Notes under the pieces: model-generated
Database searches by the model: none
Told to the model about the DNA's origin: nothing
The model's input: the letters and a program-made list of their open reading frames with translations, nothing else
Shown here: positions 22,050 through 32,426 of the stretch, one piece after another
Position numbering within the stretch: position 1 is the stretch's first letter
How the letters are laid out: every line of letters starts with the position of its first letter
Translations under genes and position numbers: made by a program
Assembly (NCBI GenBank): GCA_022562055.1
Contig: JADFQA010000012.1
Coordinates: forward strand, 14,483-78,482
Direction of reading: 5' to 3'
DNA: 64,000 bases
Source: Acidobacteriota bacterium
GTDB taxonomy: Bacteria; Actinomycetota; Acidimicrobiia; Spongiisociales; UBA5794

Positions 22050-22763
22050 CTACAAGATTACACGAGACTGTATCACGGGTCCAATTATCCACACCGCTGG
22101 CGACTCGACATACGCCTCCCCGCGAGCAACCTCTCCAAGCGTCGCGATGACCACTAACTCAGTGTCCTTTGTGGCGTTCTCAACAAATGCCACGGGTTCC
22201 GACTCGGACCGACCACGATTGATGAGTGAACGCGCGATTCTTCGTCGGTTGGCAACGCCCATCAAGACGACGAGCGTATCAGCCTGGGCGCAGCGATCCC
22301 AGGAGTCCTCGGCGTCGGTGATCGTGTGACCGGTGACCACCGTAAAAGACCGCGCAACACCGCGTAGGGTCAGTGGGATACCCGCAATCGGACCGGCGGC
22401 GAGCGCCGACGACACCCCGGGAACGGTGACAACATCGATCCCGGCGGCTACAAATGCCTGCCACTCCTCGATCCCCCTGCCGAACACAAACGGGTCTCCA
22501 CCCTTGAGTCGGACAACGTGGGATCCACGCTGCGCCCTGTCGATCGCGGTCGAAACGATGAGCGCTTGGATCTCATCTTCGTGACCGGGCCGCTTGCCGA
22601 CATCGATGATCTCAGCCGATGGCCGAGCCCAACCAAGCGCGCGTTTATCGACCAGACGGTCGTGCAGGATCACATCTGCGGTCTCGATCGCCCGTCTTCC
22701 TCTCACTGTGATGAGATCCGGGTCGCCGGGGCCAGCCCCGACGAGCGTCACGACACCGCTCAT
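22050..22763 (-). CDS. cobA: Uroporphyrinogen-III C-methyltransferase (SUMT)
   Basis: [13 protein letters not shown]...VVRLKGGDP motifs. Confidence 0.85.
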   Translation of the reverse strand: MSGVVTLVGAGPGDPDLITVRGRRAIETADVILHDRLVDKRALGWARPSAEIIDVGKRPGHEDEIQALIVSTAIDRAQRGSHVVRLKGGDPFVFGRGIEEWQAFVAAGIDVVTVPGVSSALAAGPIAGIPLTLRGVARSFTVVTGHTITDAEDSWDRCAQADTLVVLMGVANRRRIARSLINRGRSESEPVAFVENATKDTELVVIATLGEVARGEAYVESPAVWIIGPVIQSRVIL

Positions 22764-23443
22764 TCTGCAGTCACCCTAATGTGGAGGCCGCATTCGACCT
22801 TCCGACCGTTCCAGCGTCCGTCGCGGGAATCACCCGCTCCAAATGTCGGTACGGTGCATGGTGCACAGCCGACACTTGAGTACCCCTCCGCATAGAGAGG
22901 GTGCTCGGGGATGTCGTGCTCACGTGTGTAGGTCGCGATGTCGTCGAACGTCCACTCCACGAGAGGGTTTACCTTGTACAGCGTGTGGGTGTCGCTCTGC
23001 TCATACCGTTCTACCTTCGGCGTATCGTGCCGAGAGGCCGACTGACCGCGTCGCAGCGCTGTGAACCACACCGAGTAATCGGCGAGCGCCTCACGTAACA
23101 CCTCCACCTTGCGTTCGTTGCAGCAAGCATCAGGGTTTGTCTCATACACCATCCCGCGAACGGTCTCCAGCTCCTGGCGAGACACCCGCGGCCGTAAGGT
23201 GATGAGGTTGAGGCTCCACCTTGCCGCCAGCTCATCACGGAACTCAAGCGTCTCCTGGAAGTGGTACCCCGTGTCAAGGAATAACACCGCGATATCCACC
23301 TTGATCTGGAGGATCTGGTGGAGCAGAACGAGTCCACCCCGCTGGGTGGATATTGAAATGGCCAGCGTCCCTTCTCGGCCCAGACCCCACGAAATGACGT
23401 CCTCCGTCAACCACCGAGCGTCGTCTCTTACAAGCGTCGTCAT
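22760..23443 (-). CDS. cysH: Adenylylsulfate/phosphoadenylylsulfate reductase (thioredoxin-dependent, Fe-S type)
   Basis: CCNERKVE...SVGCAPCT cysteine motifs. Confidence 0.85.
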   Translation of the reverse strand: MTTLVRDDARWLTEDVISWGLGREGTLAISISTQRGGLVLLHQILQIKVDIAVLFLDTGYHFQETLEFRDELAARWSLNLITLRPRVSRQELETVRGMVYETNPDACCNERKVEVLREALADYSVWFTALRRGQSASRHDTPKVERYEQSDTHTLYKVNPLVEWTFDDIATYTREHDIPEHPLYAEGYSSVGCAPCTVPTFGAGDSRDGRWNGRKVECGLHIRVTAE

Positions 23444-24117
23444 CCTGACACTCCCTCTGTCGTTACGAGCCCGATGGCGTGACTGATTGTTGTCGCCGCC
23501 CCGTCGTGGTCGCCCGCCTGAAACCTGGCGTGTGCTTCGGAGTCGACGATGCGGTACCAGGCATCTCGCCTTTCCTCGTACGTTCCGAAGGACGCCTTCA
23601 CCATTGGTCTGAATTGCCGCAAGAACGTCAACCAGGAACCCTGCCCGTGGCCGACCATGGCCGCGATCCGATCCCGCAGCCGTGTCGCCACGGCCGGAGC
23701 CGCGCCACCAGTTGAGATAGCGACCACAAGATCACCGTCTCGATGCACCGCAGGCAGCATGAAGGAACAGTGGGCGGGATCGTCGGCGCCGTTGGCAAGG
23801 ATGGAACGCTCGTTTGCCGCCTCCCATACGGCCCGGGCGACGTCGGGATCGTTCACAGCCGAGATCACCAGCACCGCACCGTCGAGGTCTTGCGGCTCGA
23901 AAGGTTTCTGCCGCCAGGACAAAACTCCCTCGCTGTCGAGAGCGCGTACAGCAGCGGTGGCCTCGGGAGAAACCACCTCGATAACAGCCCCGCCCGCCAC
24001 AAGAGCTCGAAGCTTCTGCGCGCCGACCGAGCCGCCGCCAACGACGACCACGCGGCGTTCAGTCAGGTCGATCAACACGGGATACAACTCGGGCGGTCCG
24101 GTGTGACCTACGCGCAT
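23440..24117 (-). CDS. Siroheme synthase N-terminal-type enzyme (precorrin-2 dehydrogenase / sirohydrochlorin ferrochelatase)
   Basis: Rossmann motif VVVVGGGSVGAQK; CysG-N/SirC-like. Confidence 0.7.
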   Translation of the reverse strand: MRVGHTGPPELYPVLIDLTERRVVVVGGGSVGAQKLRALVAGGAVIEVVSPEATAAVRALDSEGVLSWRQKPFEPQDLDGAVLVISAVNDPDVARAVWEAANERSILANGADDPAHCSFMLPAVHRDGDLVVAISTGGAAPAVATRLRDRIAAMVGHGQGSWLTFLRQFRPMVKASFGTYEERRDAWYRIVDSEAHARFQAGDHDGAATTISHAIGLVTTEGVSG

Positions 24118-25889
24118 TCTGACTCTCCCAACGTCACCGCAAAGGGAACGGACTCGTCGAAATCCGTGTAGAACTCCGGAGCCTCGGCTGGCGAGGCGAC
24201 CACCGTGAGATCCTCAACCGAGGCGCGCAGAACAGCGATACCACCGGCCCGGTCGATCCACGCCGCGAACGTCTCGCCTGCATCACGCGCGTTTGAAAAT
24301 GCCCCGACAAGGCGTACGACGACCGCCGGTACGTTCTTCGCCGGAAGCCGACAGACCCGCTGAGCAAACTCGATCCGCTCGTCGCCCACGTAGCCGCCGA
24401 CCAGCATCTGATACCCGGGCACGGACTCACCATGGCTGCGACGTTCAACACCGTGGAAGCCGATATCGGCGACGTGATGGTGACCGCACGAGTTCGTGCA
24501 CCCCGAGATGTTGATCCGGATGCCGCCAACCTCGGCCAGGGCCGCATCTTCAAGTGCGGCATCGATCGCCTTGGCAAGGCCACGCGACTGGGTGATAGCA
24601 AGGTTGCAGGTGTCGGCGCCAGGGCAGGCCACAACATCTCGTGCGAACTCTGCACCGGGGCTGGCCATGCCGATCTCGACGAGCGCGGCGTGCACTGAAC
24701 CCAGCCGGTCGGCATCGATGCCACGGAACACCACATTTTGGCGATTCGTGATCCGCACGTCGGCATCGACGGCGCGCTGGATCCCGGCAAGACCACGAAA
24801 TTGGTCGCCTGTGATGTCTCCGAGGAACGCATGGGCGTAGACGGATACCGTCGCGTCGCGAACACCACGGACAACGTTCGTCGACGACCAGCGGTCAAAC
24901 GGCGACACGCCCCTGATCTGCACAGGAGTACCCTGACCGAGCGTGGTGATCTCGCCGACCGCGATCCCGGCGGCAGGCTCGTCGCCGAACTCGTGGACCT
25001 GGTGCGGGATACCTCCCGGATACGATGACGACGCGGGAAGCAACCGACGGACCTCCATCACGCGGCGTTGCACCTCATCGAACCCGATAGTGTCGACGAG
25101 CCACTTCATCCGGGCACGAAGTTTGTTCTCCCGATTACCCGCCTGGTCGAACACACGCAGGATCGCCTCGAGTGTCGGCAGTAGATCCTCACGGGTCGTG
25201 AACGGCTCTAGGGCCAACGCGGGATGCGGGTTAGCGCCGAGACCCCCGGCGACGTATACCCGGAAACCAACCTGTGTGGCGCCTGACTCGTCTGTTGTGG
25301 CAACCGCGATAACGCCGATGTCGTTGAACATTGCCTGTCCGCAGTCGGTTGCACAACCCGAGAAGTTCACCTTGAACTTTCGCGGGAGCCGTTGAGCGAT
25401 CGGATTCCGCAGAAACAGCCGATACGCTGCCTCGGCCCACTGGGTGATGTCAAGTATCTCAACGGGGCACGCTCCAGCGAGGTGACAGCCCTGAACATTG
25501 CGTACGACATCGCCGCACGCCTCACGAGTCGTCAACCCAACAGATGCCAGGAGCCGGAGAACTTCCGGCACAGCGTCCAGGTGGACGAAGTGAAACTGGA
25601 TGTTCTGCCGGCTCGTGATGTGGCCGAAACCGCGAGAATGCGACTCGACGAGATCGCCGAGAAGGTCGAGCTGTTCCGGGGTCAACGAGCCGTAAGGCAC
25701 TTTGACCCGGATCATCTGGTTGTCATTCCCCTGCCGCTGACCGTAGACGCCGTTGGAGAGCCTGAACGAGCGGAAGACGTCCTCGTCTACGTCACCGGCC
25801 CGGTACCGGGCGAGCATGTCTTCAAATTTCGTTATGTCGGTTAGAAGGGCTCGGTCGAGGTCGTTGTCGGAAATGGCGCGTACGGTCAT
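24108..25889 (-). CDS. sir: Ferredoxin-dependent sulfite (or nitrite) reductase, siroheme-[4Fe-4S]
   Basis: CTNSCGHHH... siroheme/Fe-S cysteine cluster; NIR_SIR repeats. Confidence 0.85.
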   Translation of the reverse strand: MTVRAISDNDLDRALLTDITKFEDMLARYRAGDVDEDVFRSFRLSNGVYGQRQGNDNQMIRVKVPYGSLTPEQLDLLGDLVESHSRGFGHITSRQNIQFHFVHLDAVPEVLRLLASVGLTTREACGDVVRNVQGCHLAGACPVEILDITQWAEAAYRLFLRNPIAQRLPRKFKVNFSGCATDCGQAMFNDIGVIAVATTDESGATQVGFRVYVAGGLGANPHPALALEPFTTREDLLPTLEAILRVFDQAGNRENKLRARMKWLVDTIGFDEVQRRVMEVRRLLPASSSYPGGIPHQVHEFGDEPAAGIAVGEITTLGQGTPVQIRGVSPFDRWSSTNVVRGVRDATVSVYAHAFLGDITGDQFRGLAGIQRAVDADVRITNRQNVVFRGIDADRLGSVHAALVEIGMASPGAEFARDVVACPGADTCNLAITQSRGLAKAIDAALEDAALAEVGGIRINISGCTNSCGHHHVADIGFHGVERRSHGESVPGYQMLVGGYVGDERIEFAQRVCRLPAKNVPAVVVRLVGAFSNARDAGETFAAWIDRAGGIAVLRASVEDLTVVASPAEAPEFYTDFDESVPFAVTLGESECA

Positions 25890-26061
25890 GTGTTTGTCCT
25901 AAGAATATTGTGGGGACGGTCGAGAATGCAGTGGTTGGCGAGCTGTTTACAGCGTCTCGCCGACATCGCATTCGCATACACATGGTCGTCTTCACCTTCA
26001 TCGGGAGTCACCGCGCCCACCAAGGGCATGATCCAGGTCTTCGATCAAGTCAGCAACGTCC

Positions 26062-27219
26062 TCAAGACCGATCGACAGCCGAATGGTCCCCGTCATGCAG
26101 ACCGACATCTGAACGCTCCTCAGGGGTGAGCATGCGGTGCGTCGTCGTCCCTGGGTGCGTCACAAGGCTCTTGGTGTCGCCAAGGTTGTTCGAGATGTCG
26201 AACACTGTGAGAGGGTCGATAATTTCGAATGCGCGGGATGTCGATCCTTCCACAGTGAACGTCACAACGGTGCCACCCGTCGACATCTGCTCCTGCGCAA
26301 GCGAGCGCTGGGGATGCGAAGCGAGGAACGGGTAGAGAACCGTGGCGACCGCCGCGTGACCCTCAAGCCACTCCGCAACCGCTAACGCCGAAACTGACTG
26401 CGCACGGACACGAAGGTCAAGCGTTTCGAGACCCTTCAGAGCCACCCACGCGTTGAAAGGACTCATCGCTGGTCCAGTGTGCCGATAGAACAACTGGAGA
26501 TGCTCATCAATGAACTGTTCGGACGCCAGCACCGCTCCACCCAGTGTCCTGCCCTGGCCGTCAATGTGCTTAGTGGTCGAGTACACGACGACGTCGGCAC
26601 CGAAAGCGAGCGGACTCTGCACCACCGGCGACGCGAAGACGTTGTCCACAACAACCGTCGCACCACCGCAATGAGCGATCTTGCTGACCGCGGCGATATC
26701 GATGATCTCAAGTGTCGGGTTTGAGGGTGATTCGAAAAACACCGCGGTTGTTGGGACACTTAGCTCGCGCTCCCACGCGTCGAGTTCCGTCCCATCAATG
26801 AGCACCGTCTCGATGCTCCATCGAGGCAAGATCTGGGAGATTATCACTTTGCACGAACCAAAAAGTGCCCGCGACGCAGCGACTCGATCGCCAGCTTGAA
26901 GCTGCGACGCAAGCGCCGCGAATACTGCGGCCATGCCGGTCCCTGTGGCCTTGCAAACCTCTGCACCCTCAATGAGTCTCAGCCGCTCCTCGAAAACAGC
27001 AACAGTCGGGTTGCCGTAGCGAGAATAGATGTACCGGTCGATGTCGCCTTCGAAGGCGGCCTTTGTTTCGGCGGCCGACCCGTATACATATCCTGAGGTG
27101 AGGAACATACCCTCGGACGTTTCGCCGAACGGAGTGCGATTGAGGCCACCACGCACCTGCAACGTGGCAGGTCTCCAGGAGCGGTTATTTTGTGAAACGG
27201 CGGGCGAAGATGAGGACAT
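26062..27219 (-). CDS. metY: O-acetyl/O-succinyl-homoserine sulfhydrylase (MetY/MetZ, PLP). A +1 frameshift in a G4 run near 26087-26090 moves the conserved C-terminus (...TIRLSIGLEDVADLIEDLDHAL) into another frame. Start at MSSSS, which has a GGAG RBS.
   Basis: YSTTKHIDGQG PLP-Lys motif; the canonical C-terminus is read only after shifting frame at catgacGGGGacc. Confidence 0.8.
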   Translation of the reverse strand: MSSSSPAVSQNNRSWRPATLQVRGGLNRTPFGETSEGMFLTSGYVYGSAAETKAAFEGDIDRYIYSRYGNPTVAVFEERLRLIEGAEVCKATGTGMAAVFAALASQLQAGDRVAASRALFGSCKVIISQILPRWSIETVLIDGTELDAWERELSVPTTAVFFESPSNPTLEIIDIAAVSKIAHCGGATVVVDNVFASPVVQSPLAFGADVVVYSTTKHIDGQGRTLGGAVLASEQFIDEHLQLFYRHTGPAMSPFNAWVALKGLETLDLRVRAQSVSALAVAEWLEGHAAVATVLYPFLASHPQRSLAQEQMSTGGTVVTFTVEGSTSRAFEIIDPLTVFDISNNLGDTKSLVTHPGTTTHRMLTPEERSDVGLHDGDHSAVDRS

Positions 27220-27588
27220 GGGGAAAACTCCGGGGACAGGTGTGCTCAGTGAACAGATTGTCAGGACAACCGCCGTCAAGCGAAATTACCCTCGGGTGGC
27301 GGTGACGGCGTTAGGAGTACGACCTGCATGCGCATGCCGCACTCGGGTTAACCACCCGAGAGCTACACATCAAGCACATACACATCAGCGTCTTCATACC
27401 CGAGAAGGTAGCGCACCGGACGCCGACGTCAAACTCGCGATCGAGTCGCACCCGGGTCCACAGACGAGCAGCATCAGCCTCGGATTATTCACCCACGCCG
27501 GCTCGTGCACTTCCGCACCAGGCCAGTCAGGGCGTAAGAGGTAAACCTGTCATCGCGGAGACCCCGACAACGTCCCCGGTTGTCACAA
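27220..27588 (-). promoter_or_regulatory. Long (about 370 nt) structured 5' leader of metY; candidate cis-regulatory RNA, class not identified
   Basis: Multiple nested inverted repeats (CUCGGGUGG/CCACCCGAG, GCCGUCA/UGACGGCG, GCAUGCGCAUGC); SAM-I and SAM-IV cores not matched. Confidence 0.3.
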
Positions 27589-28368
27589 CTAGGCGACCTG
27601 CTTGGGCTCCGGGAGAGTGAACACGAACGAGCCGTCCGGGGTGAGGGCGACGGTGTGTTCCCAGTGAGCCGACAAGGTCCCATCTGCGGTAACGACCGAC
27701 CAATCGTCGTCAAGCACAGCAGTATCGCCGGATCCAAGGTTGAACATCGGTTCGATTGCAAGCGCCATGCCCTCGCGTAACTTGAAACCGCGCCGAGGAC
27801 GGCCGTAGTTCGGCACGCTGGGGACTTCATGCATGGACTGTCCAATACCGTGGCCCGTGTATCCACGGACCACGCCATACCCGTGCGGTCGCGCGGTAGC
27901 CGACACAGCAGCGCCGATGTCACCGATTCGGTTGCCCGACTTCGCCTGCGCAAGACCTTCCCACAGGCCCCGTTCAGTCACATCAATAAGCTTTTGGGCC
28001 TCGGCTGAGATCTCACCAACCCCCGTGGTGAACGCCGCGTCGCCGTGCCAGCCCTCATAGATGGCACCGGCATCGATCGAGATGATGTCGCCCTCCCTCA
28101 GGATGTAGTCGTCGGGTATGCCGTGCACGATGACCGAGTTTGGCGACGCGCAGATCGTCGCCGGATAGGTGCCGTTGTAGCCCAGAAACGACGGACGACA
28201 GTTGTTTGCGCGCACTACACGCTCTCCGATTTCGTCCAGGGAGCGCAGCGAGACACCGGGTTTGATCGCGGCACGAATCTCGTCGAGGAGCTCGGCGACG
28301 ACACGCCCCGCGATCTGCATCTTTGCGAAATCGCCCACCGTTTTGATAGAGAGCAACCCCGAACTCAT
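27589..28368 (-). CDS. map: Methionine aminopeptidase type I
   Basis: Homology; position after adk. Confidence 0.93.
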   Translation of the reverse strand: MSSGLLSIKTVGDFAKMQIAGRVVAELLDEIRAAIKPGVSLRSLDEIGERVVRANNCRPSFLGYNGTYPATICASPNSVIVHGIPDDYILREGDIISIDAGAIYEGWHGDAAFTTGVGEISAEAQKLIDVTERGLWEGLAQAKSGNRIGDIGAAVSATARPHGYGVVRGYTGHGIGQSMHEVPSVPNYGRPRRGFKLREGMALAIEPMFNLGSGDTAVLDDDWSVVTADGTLSAHWEHTVALTPDGSFVFTLPEPKQVA

Positions 28369-28937
28369 CGCTCGGTGGCGAGCGCCATCACTATTCGCGA
28401 AAACACGTCTTCAACGGACCCTGAACCGTCGACGGTCACGGTCGGTACACCGTGTTCCGGATAGTACTTGAGGAGCGGTTCGGTTTCTGACCGAAACACT
28501 TCGAGGCGACGCACGATTGTCTCTTCGCTGTCATCGGATCGACCGGCGATAACCGCCCGTTGCATAATGCGGTGGACAAGCTCGTCATCGTCGACAGTCA
28601 ACAGCACCACAATCCCAATCGCGTTGCTTCCGACAGATCGATCGAGCGCGTCGGCCTGCTCCAGGTTTCTAGGAAAGCCATCGAGAAGAAACCCGCAAGC
28701 AGCGTCGTCCTTCGCAAGACGTTGCGCAACCATTGCTACTACAAGATCGTCCGGCACGAGATCGCCGGTGGTCATCAAAGCGCCCGCCTGCTTCCCAAGT
28801 TCGGTGCCTTCGGCAACCGCCTCGCGCAACATGTCGCCCGAAGATATATGTGGCACACCGAGAGTACGCGAGAGCAGCGCTGCTTGCGTACCTTTGCCGG
28901 CCCCGGGAGGGCCGATAAAAAGAATTCGACGCCCCAT
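28365..28937 (-). CDS. adk: Adenylate kinase
   Basis: P-loop GPPGAGKGTQA. Confidence 0.95.
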   Translation of the reverse strand: MGRRILFIGPPGAGKGTQAALLSRTLGVPHISSGDMLREAVAEGTELGKQAGALMTTGDLVPDDLVVAMVAQRLAKDDAACGFLLDGFPRNLEQADALDRSVGSNAIGIVVLLTVDDDELVHRIMQRAVIAGRSDDSEETIVRRLEVFRSETEPLLKYYPEHGVPTVTVDGSGSVEDVFSRIVMALATER

Positions 28938-30242
28938 CTAGGCCAAAAATCCGTCGTAGTTGCGCATCATGAGCTGGCTCTCAATCTGTTTCATGGTCTC
29001 CAGCGCCACACCGGTAACGATGAGGATCGAAACCCCGGACAACCCGACCGGCACATGGTACAGCCAACCGAGCAGGGATGGCGCCACGGCGACGACAGCG
29101 AGATACAGAGAACCTGGCAGGGTGATGCGTGACAGGACGTTTTCGAGGTAGCGCACCGTGGCGCGGCCGGGTCTGATACCCGGAATGAACCCACCCTGAC
29201 GCTGGATGCGGTCGGCCTGTTGCACCGGGTCGAACTGAATAGCGGTGTAGAAATACGTAAACCCAACCACCAGCAAAGCAAGCATTGCAATATACGGCAG
29301 CGTGGGAGACAAACCACCCTGCCCAGATTGCAGCAGGTTGTCGTTGATCCAACTACGCACCGTTTGTCCCCATCCGGTAGCCGGAAGGGTCGATCCGATA
29401 AGGACTGGGAAATACATAACCGAGGTCGCGAAGATCACCGGGATGACGCCGGCCATGTTCACCTTCAACGGGATGTACGTCGATCCTCCCCCGAGCACCT
29501 TGCGGCCGCGAACTCGCCTGGAGAACTGAATTGGTATCCGGCGCTGCCCCTGGTCGACAAAGATAATTCCAACCGTCAGCACAGCCATAAGGGCCACGAT
29601 TGTCCAGAACTGGTACGCCTGCGAACTGGCTTTGAGTATCCCGAATTGGCTCGGGAGCTGACTCACGATGCTGATGAAAATGATCAGCGACATACCGTTG
29701 CCGACACCGCGTTGCGTTATCAACTCACCAAGCCACATGATCAACGCCGTACCGGCGGTCCATGTGACGATGACAAGGACCACATTTCGCAGGGTGAAGT
29801 CGGGAATCAGGTCGATCCCGCCGAATGAGCCGCGGTGCAAGAGCTGAGTGAACGATGCCGACTGCACGAGCGCGAGACCCACCGTGATGTAGCGGGCCCA
29901 CTGGGTGATTGTCTTCTGACCAGACTCGCCCTCTTCCTGAAGTGCTTGCAGCTTCGGGATGACCACCGTGAGAAGCTGCATAATGATTGTCGCGGTGATG
30001 TATGGGGTGATACCGAGCGCAAACACCGACATCCGACCAAGCGCACCGCCCGAAAACAGGTTCAGGAGGCCGAGGAAACCCTGGTCGTTTGCGGAGTCGG
30101 CAAAGGCTCCAACAGCATTGAGGTCTACACCAGGAACTGGAATTGAAGTACCCAGACGGTACAGCGCCAAGACGGCGAGCGTAAAGAAGATCTTCGCGCG
30201 CAGATCGCGAATCTTGAACATGTTGCGAAAAACGGAAAGCAT
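28938..30242 (-). CDS. secY: Preprotein translocase subunit SecY
   Basis: 10 TM helices; homology. Confidence 0.95.
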   Translation of the reverse strand: MLSVFRNMFKIRDLRAKIFFTLAVLALYRLGTSIPVPGVDLNAVGAFADSANDQGFLGLLNLFSGGALGRMSVFALGITPYITATIIMQLLTVVIPKLQALQEEGESGQKTITQWARYITVGLALVQSASFTQLLHRGSFGGIDLIPDFTLRNVVLVIVTWTAGTALIMWLGELITQRGVGNGMSLIIFISIVSQLPSQFGILKASSQAYQFWTIVALMAVLTVGIIFVDQGQRRIPIQFSRRVRGRKVLGGGSTYIPLKVNMAGVIPVIFATSVMYFPVLIGSTLPATGWGQTVRSWINDNLLQSGQGGLSPTLPYIAMLALLVVGFTYFYTAIQFDPVQQADRIQRQGGFIPGIRPGRATVRYLENVLSRITLPGSLYLAVVAVAPSLLGWLYHVPVGLSGVSILIVTGVALETMKQIESQLMMRNYDGFLA

Positions 30243-30312
30243 AGGTTTTGACTACTCCTCTGGCTGCATCACACCGGCAACGCCGCCAATGTAGCGCGTT
30301 GGCGGACCAACA

Positions 30313-30750
30313 CTATTCGACGACTTCCACCGAGCCGCCGGCTGCTTTGATCTTCTCGATAGCACTGTTGCTGAAACGATGGGCGTGGACCGTGAGTGCG
30401 CGGTCGATTTCGCCCTCGCCGAGCACCTTGATCCGCCCGCGGTGTTTCACCATGCCCGACGCCCGAAGAGTCTCAACCGTGACATCGGTGCCGGCGTCGA
30501 ACTCGTTCAGCCTCTCCACATTGATAACGGCAAATATCTCTTTGTTACGGCTTTTGAAACCGCGCAGTTTTGGCAACCGACGCTGCAGTGGTGTCTGCCC
30601 ACCCTCAAAACCCGGTCTGACCTTGCTGCGGGCCTTGGTGCCCTTGGTACCACGACCGGCGGTTTTTCCGCGACGTCCCGCTTCACCGCGTCCAACCCGA
30701 ATCTTGCGTTTCTTCGACCCCGGAGCGGGGCGCAAGTGGTGCAGTTTCAT
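30313..30750 (-). CDS. rplO: 50S ribosomal protein L15
   Basis: Homology. Confidence 0.93.
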   Translation of the reverse strand: MKLHHLRPAPGSKKRKIRVGRGEAGRRGKTAGRGTKGTKARSKVRPGFEGGQTPLQRRLPKLRGFKSRNKEIFAVINVERLNEFDAGTDVTVETLRASGMVKHRGRIKVLGEGEIDRALTVHAHRFSNSAIEKIKAAGGSVEVVE

Positions 30751-30932
30751 GAAATTTCCTCAACATCCAACAGGTGCTTGGCGCGGAACACCATTCCACG
30801 CACGTCTGGTGTGTCTGGTCGCTCAACCGTGGAATTAATCTTGCGCAAGCCCAGACTTTCGATCGTCGCTCGGGTCTTAGGCCTCTCGCCTATGAGACTC
30901 TTCTTGAGCGTTATCTTGAGTGTCTTGGCCAC
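30747..30932 (-). CDS. rpmD: 50S ribosomal protein L30
   Basis: Homology. Confidence 0.9.
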   Translation of the reverse strand: MAKTLKITLKKSLIGERPKTRATIESLGLRKINSTVERPDTPDVRGMVFRAKHLLDVEEIS

Positions 30933-31522
30933 TAGCGCCCGCCTATCTCAGCACGCGCCAACTCGGTGGAGTTATAGGCAGCGATCAAAGCCGGCGGGAA
31001 CAACTCCTCGGGTCTACGACCCCGAGCGCGCGCAACGACATCGGGACGATCTTGAGACATCAGAGCAATCATGGTCGCCTTTGCGACGTTCAGCGGTGTG
31101 GCGGAACCCAGCGACTTTGCCAGGATGTCAGACACGCCGGCCGCCTCGAGGATCTGTCTCGTAGCGCCACCTGCAATGACACCGGTACCGGGCGAAGCCG
31201 GACGTAGCAACACGCGCGATGCGCCGAGAACGCCGATAGACTTGTGGATGATGGTCTGCCCCGCCATAGGAATGTATTTCATATCCTTGCGAGCGAGTTC
31301 CATGGCCTTCTGGATGGCCGTCGGGACCTCTTTGGCCTTTCCGTAGCCAATGCCAACCTTGCCTTTGCCGTTTCCGACCGCGACAAGTGCGGTGAAGGAG
31401 AACCGGCGCCCGCCCCTGACCACCTTTGATACGCGATTGATCGTGATAACCCGCTCGTCAAACTCGGGTTCACGGTCTCGACCGCCGCCTCTTCTGTTTC
31501 TGTCGTTACGATTTCGATTCAT
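30932..31522 (-). CDS. rpsE: 30S ribosomal protein S5
   Basis: Homology. Confidence 0.95.
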   Translation of the reverse strand: MNRNRNDRNRRGGGRDREPEFDERVITINRVSKVVRGGRRFSFTALVAVGNGKGKVGIGYGKAKEVPTAIQKAMELARKDMKYIPMAGQTIIHKSIGVLGASRVLLRPASPGTGVIAGGATRQILEAAGVSDILAKSLGSATPLNVAKATMIALMSQDRPDVVARARGRRPEELFPPALIAAYNSTELARAEIGGR

Positions 31523-31533
31523 ACAGCCAGCTC

Positions 31534-31887
31534 CTAAAACTTAAGTCCGGCGTCGCGGGCGGCGTCGGCGAGCGCTTTGATGCGGCCGTGGAATGCGTTC
31601 CCGCCGCGGTCGAACACAACTTCGCTAACACCTGCTTCGGCTGCGCGGCTCGCAATGAGTCGGCCAACCTTAGAAGCGGTGTCTGTCGTAAGACGTTCGC
31701 CTGAAAGCGATGCCTCGCGCGATGAGGCACTCGCCAAAGTGCGCGCCGCATCGTCGTCGATGACTTGCGTGTAAATGTACTTGTTTGACCGGTAGACGGA
31801 AAGACGCGGACGCTGCGCCGTCCCGCGAAGGTTTTTTCTGACGCGATGGTGGCGGCGACGCCGTGCGGTTATGCGTGTCGATTTCAT
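31534..31887 (-). CDS. rplR: 50S ribosomal protein L18
   Basis: Homology. Confidence 0.95.
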   Translation of the reverse strand: MKSTRITARRRRHHRVRKNLRGTAQRPRLSVYRSNKYIYTQVIDDDAARTLASASSREASLSGERLTTDTASKVGRLIASRAAEAGVSEVVFDRGGNAFHGRIKALADAARDAGLKF

Positions 31888-32423
31888 CAGGCTCCTGCCT
31901 TGCCGGCCTTGCGACGAACGTGCTCGCCGACGTACCGGATGCCCTTGCCCTTGTACGGCTCTGGCGGACGGACACGACGGATGTTTGCGGCGACCTGACC
32001 AACAAGCTCCTTGTTAATACCGGACACAATGATCTTGGTCGGTTCTGGGACCTCGAATGTGATGCCATCGGGTGCCTCGAGAAACACCGGATGCGAAAAC
32101 CCAACCGAAAGCTCAAGCTTGTTGCCCTTGAGCAGCGCGCGATACCCCACACCGCGAGCCTCGAGTTCCTTTTTGTAACCCTCGGATACTCCGATCACCA
32201 TGTTGTTGAGAAGCGCTCGGCTGAGGCCGTGAAGAGCCCGAACGTCACGGTCATCGTTGGCGCGCGTCACGGTGACTACACCGTCTGTTAAATCGAAGCT
32301 GATAGCGGAGTTGAAACTACGCGTGAGTTCACCCTTGGATCCCTTCACCACGACTTCAGAACCGTTGATGGTCACATCAACGCCATCGGGCAAAGTGATG
32401 GGGGCTTTACCTATTCGGCTCAT
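31887..32423 (-). CDS. rplF: 50S ribosomal protein L6
   Basis: Homology. Confidence 0.95.
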   Translation of the reverse strand: MSRIGKAPITLPDGVDVTINGSEVVVKGSKGELTRSFNSAISFDLTDGVVTVTRANDDRDVRALHGLSRALLNNMVIGVSEGYKKELEARGVGYRALLKGNKLELSVGFSHPVFLEAPDGITFEVPEPTKIIVSGINKELVGQVAANIRRVRPPEPYKGKGIRYVGEHVRRKAGKAGA

Positions 32424-32426
32424 CTG

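Noticed and set aside
27280-27590. SAM-IV or SAM-I riboswitch call upstream of metY
   Set aside because: Could not match the conserved cores of either class by eye, so kept only as an unclassified structured-leader candidate.
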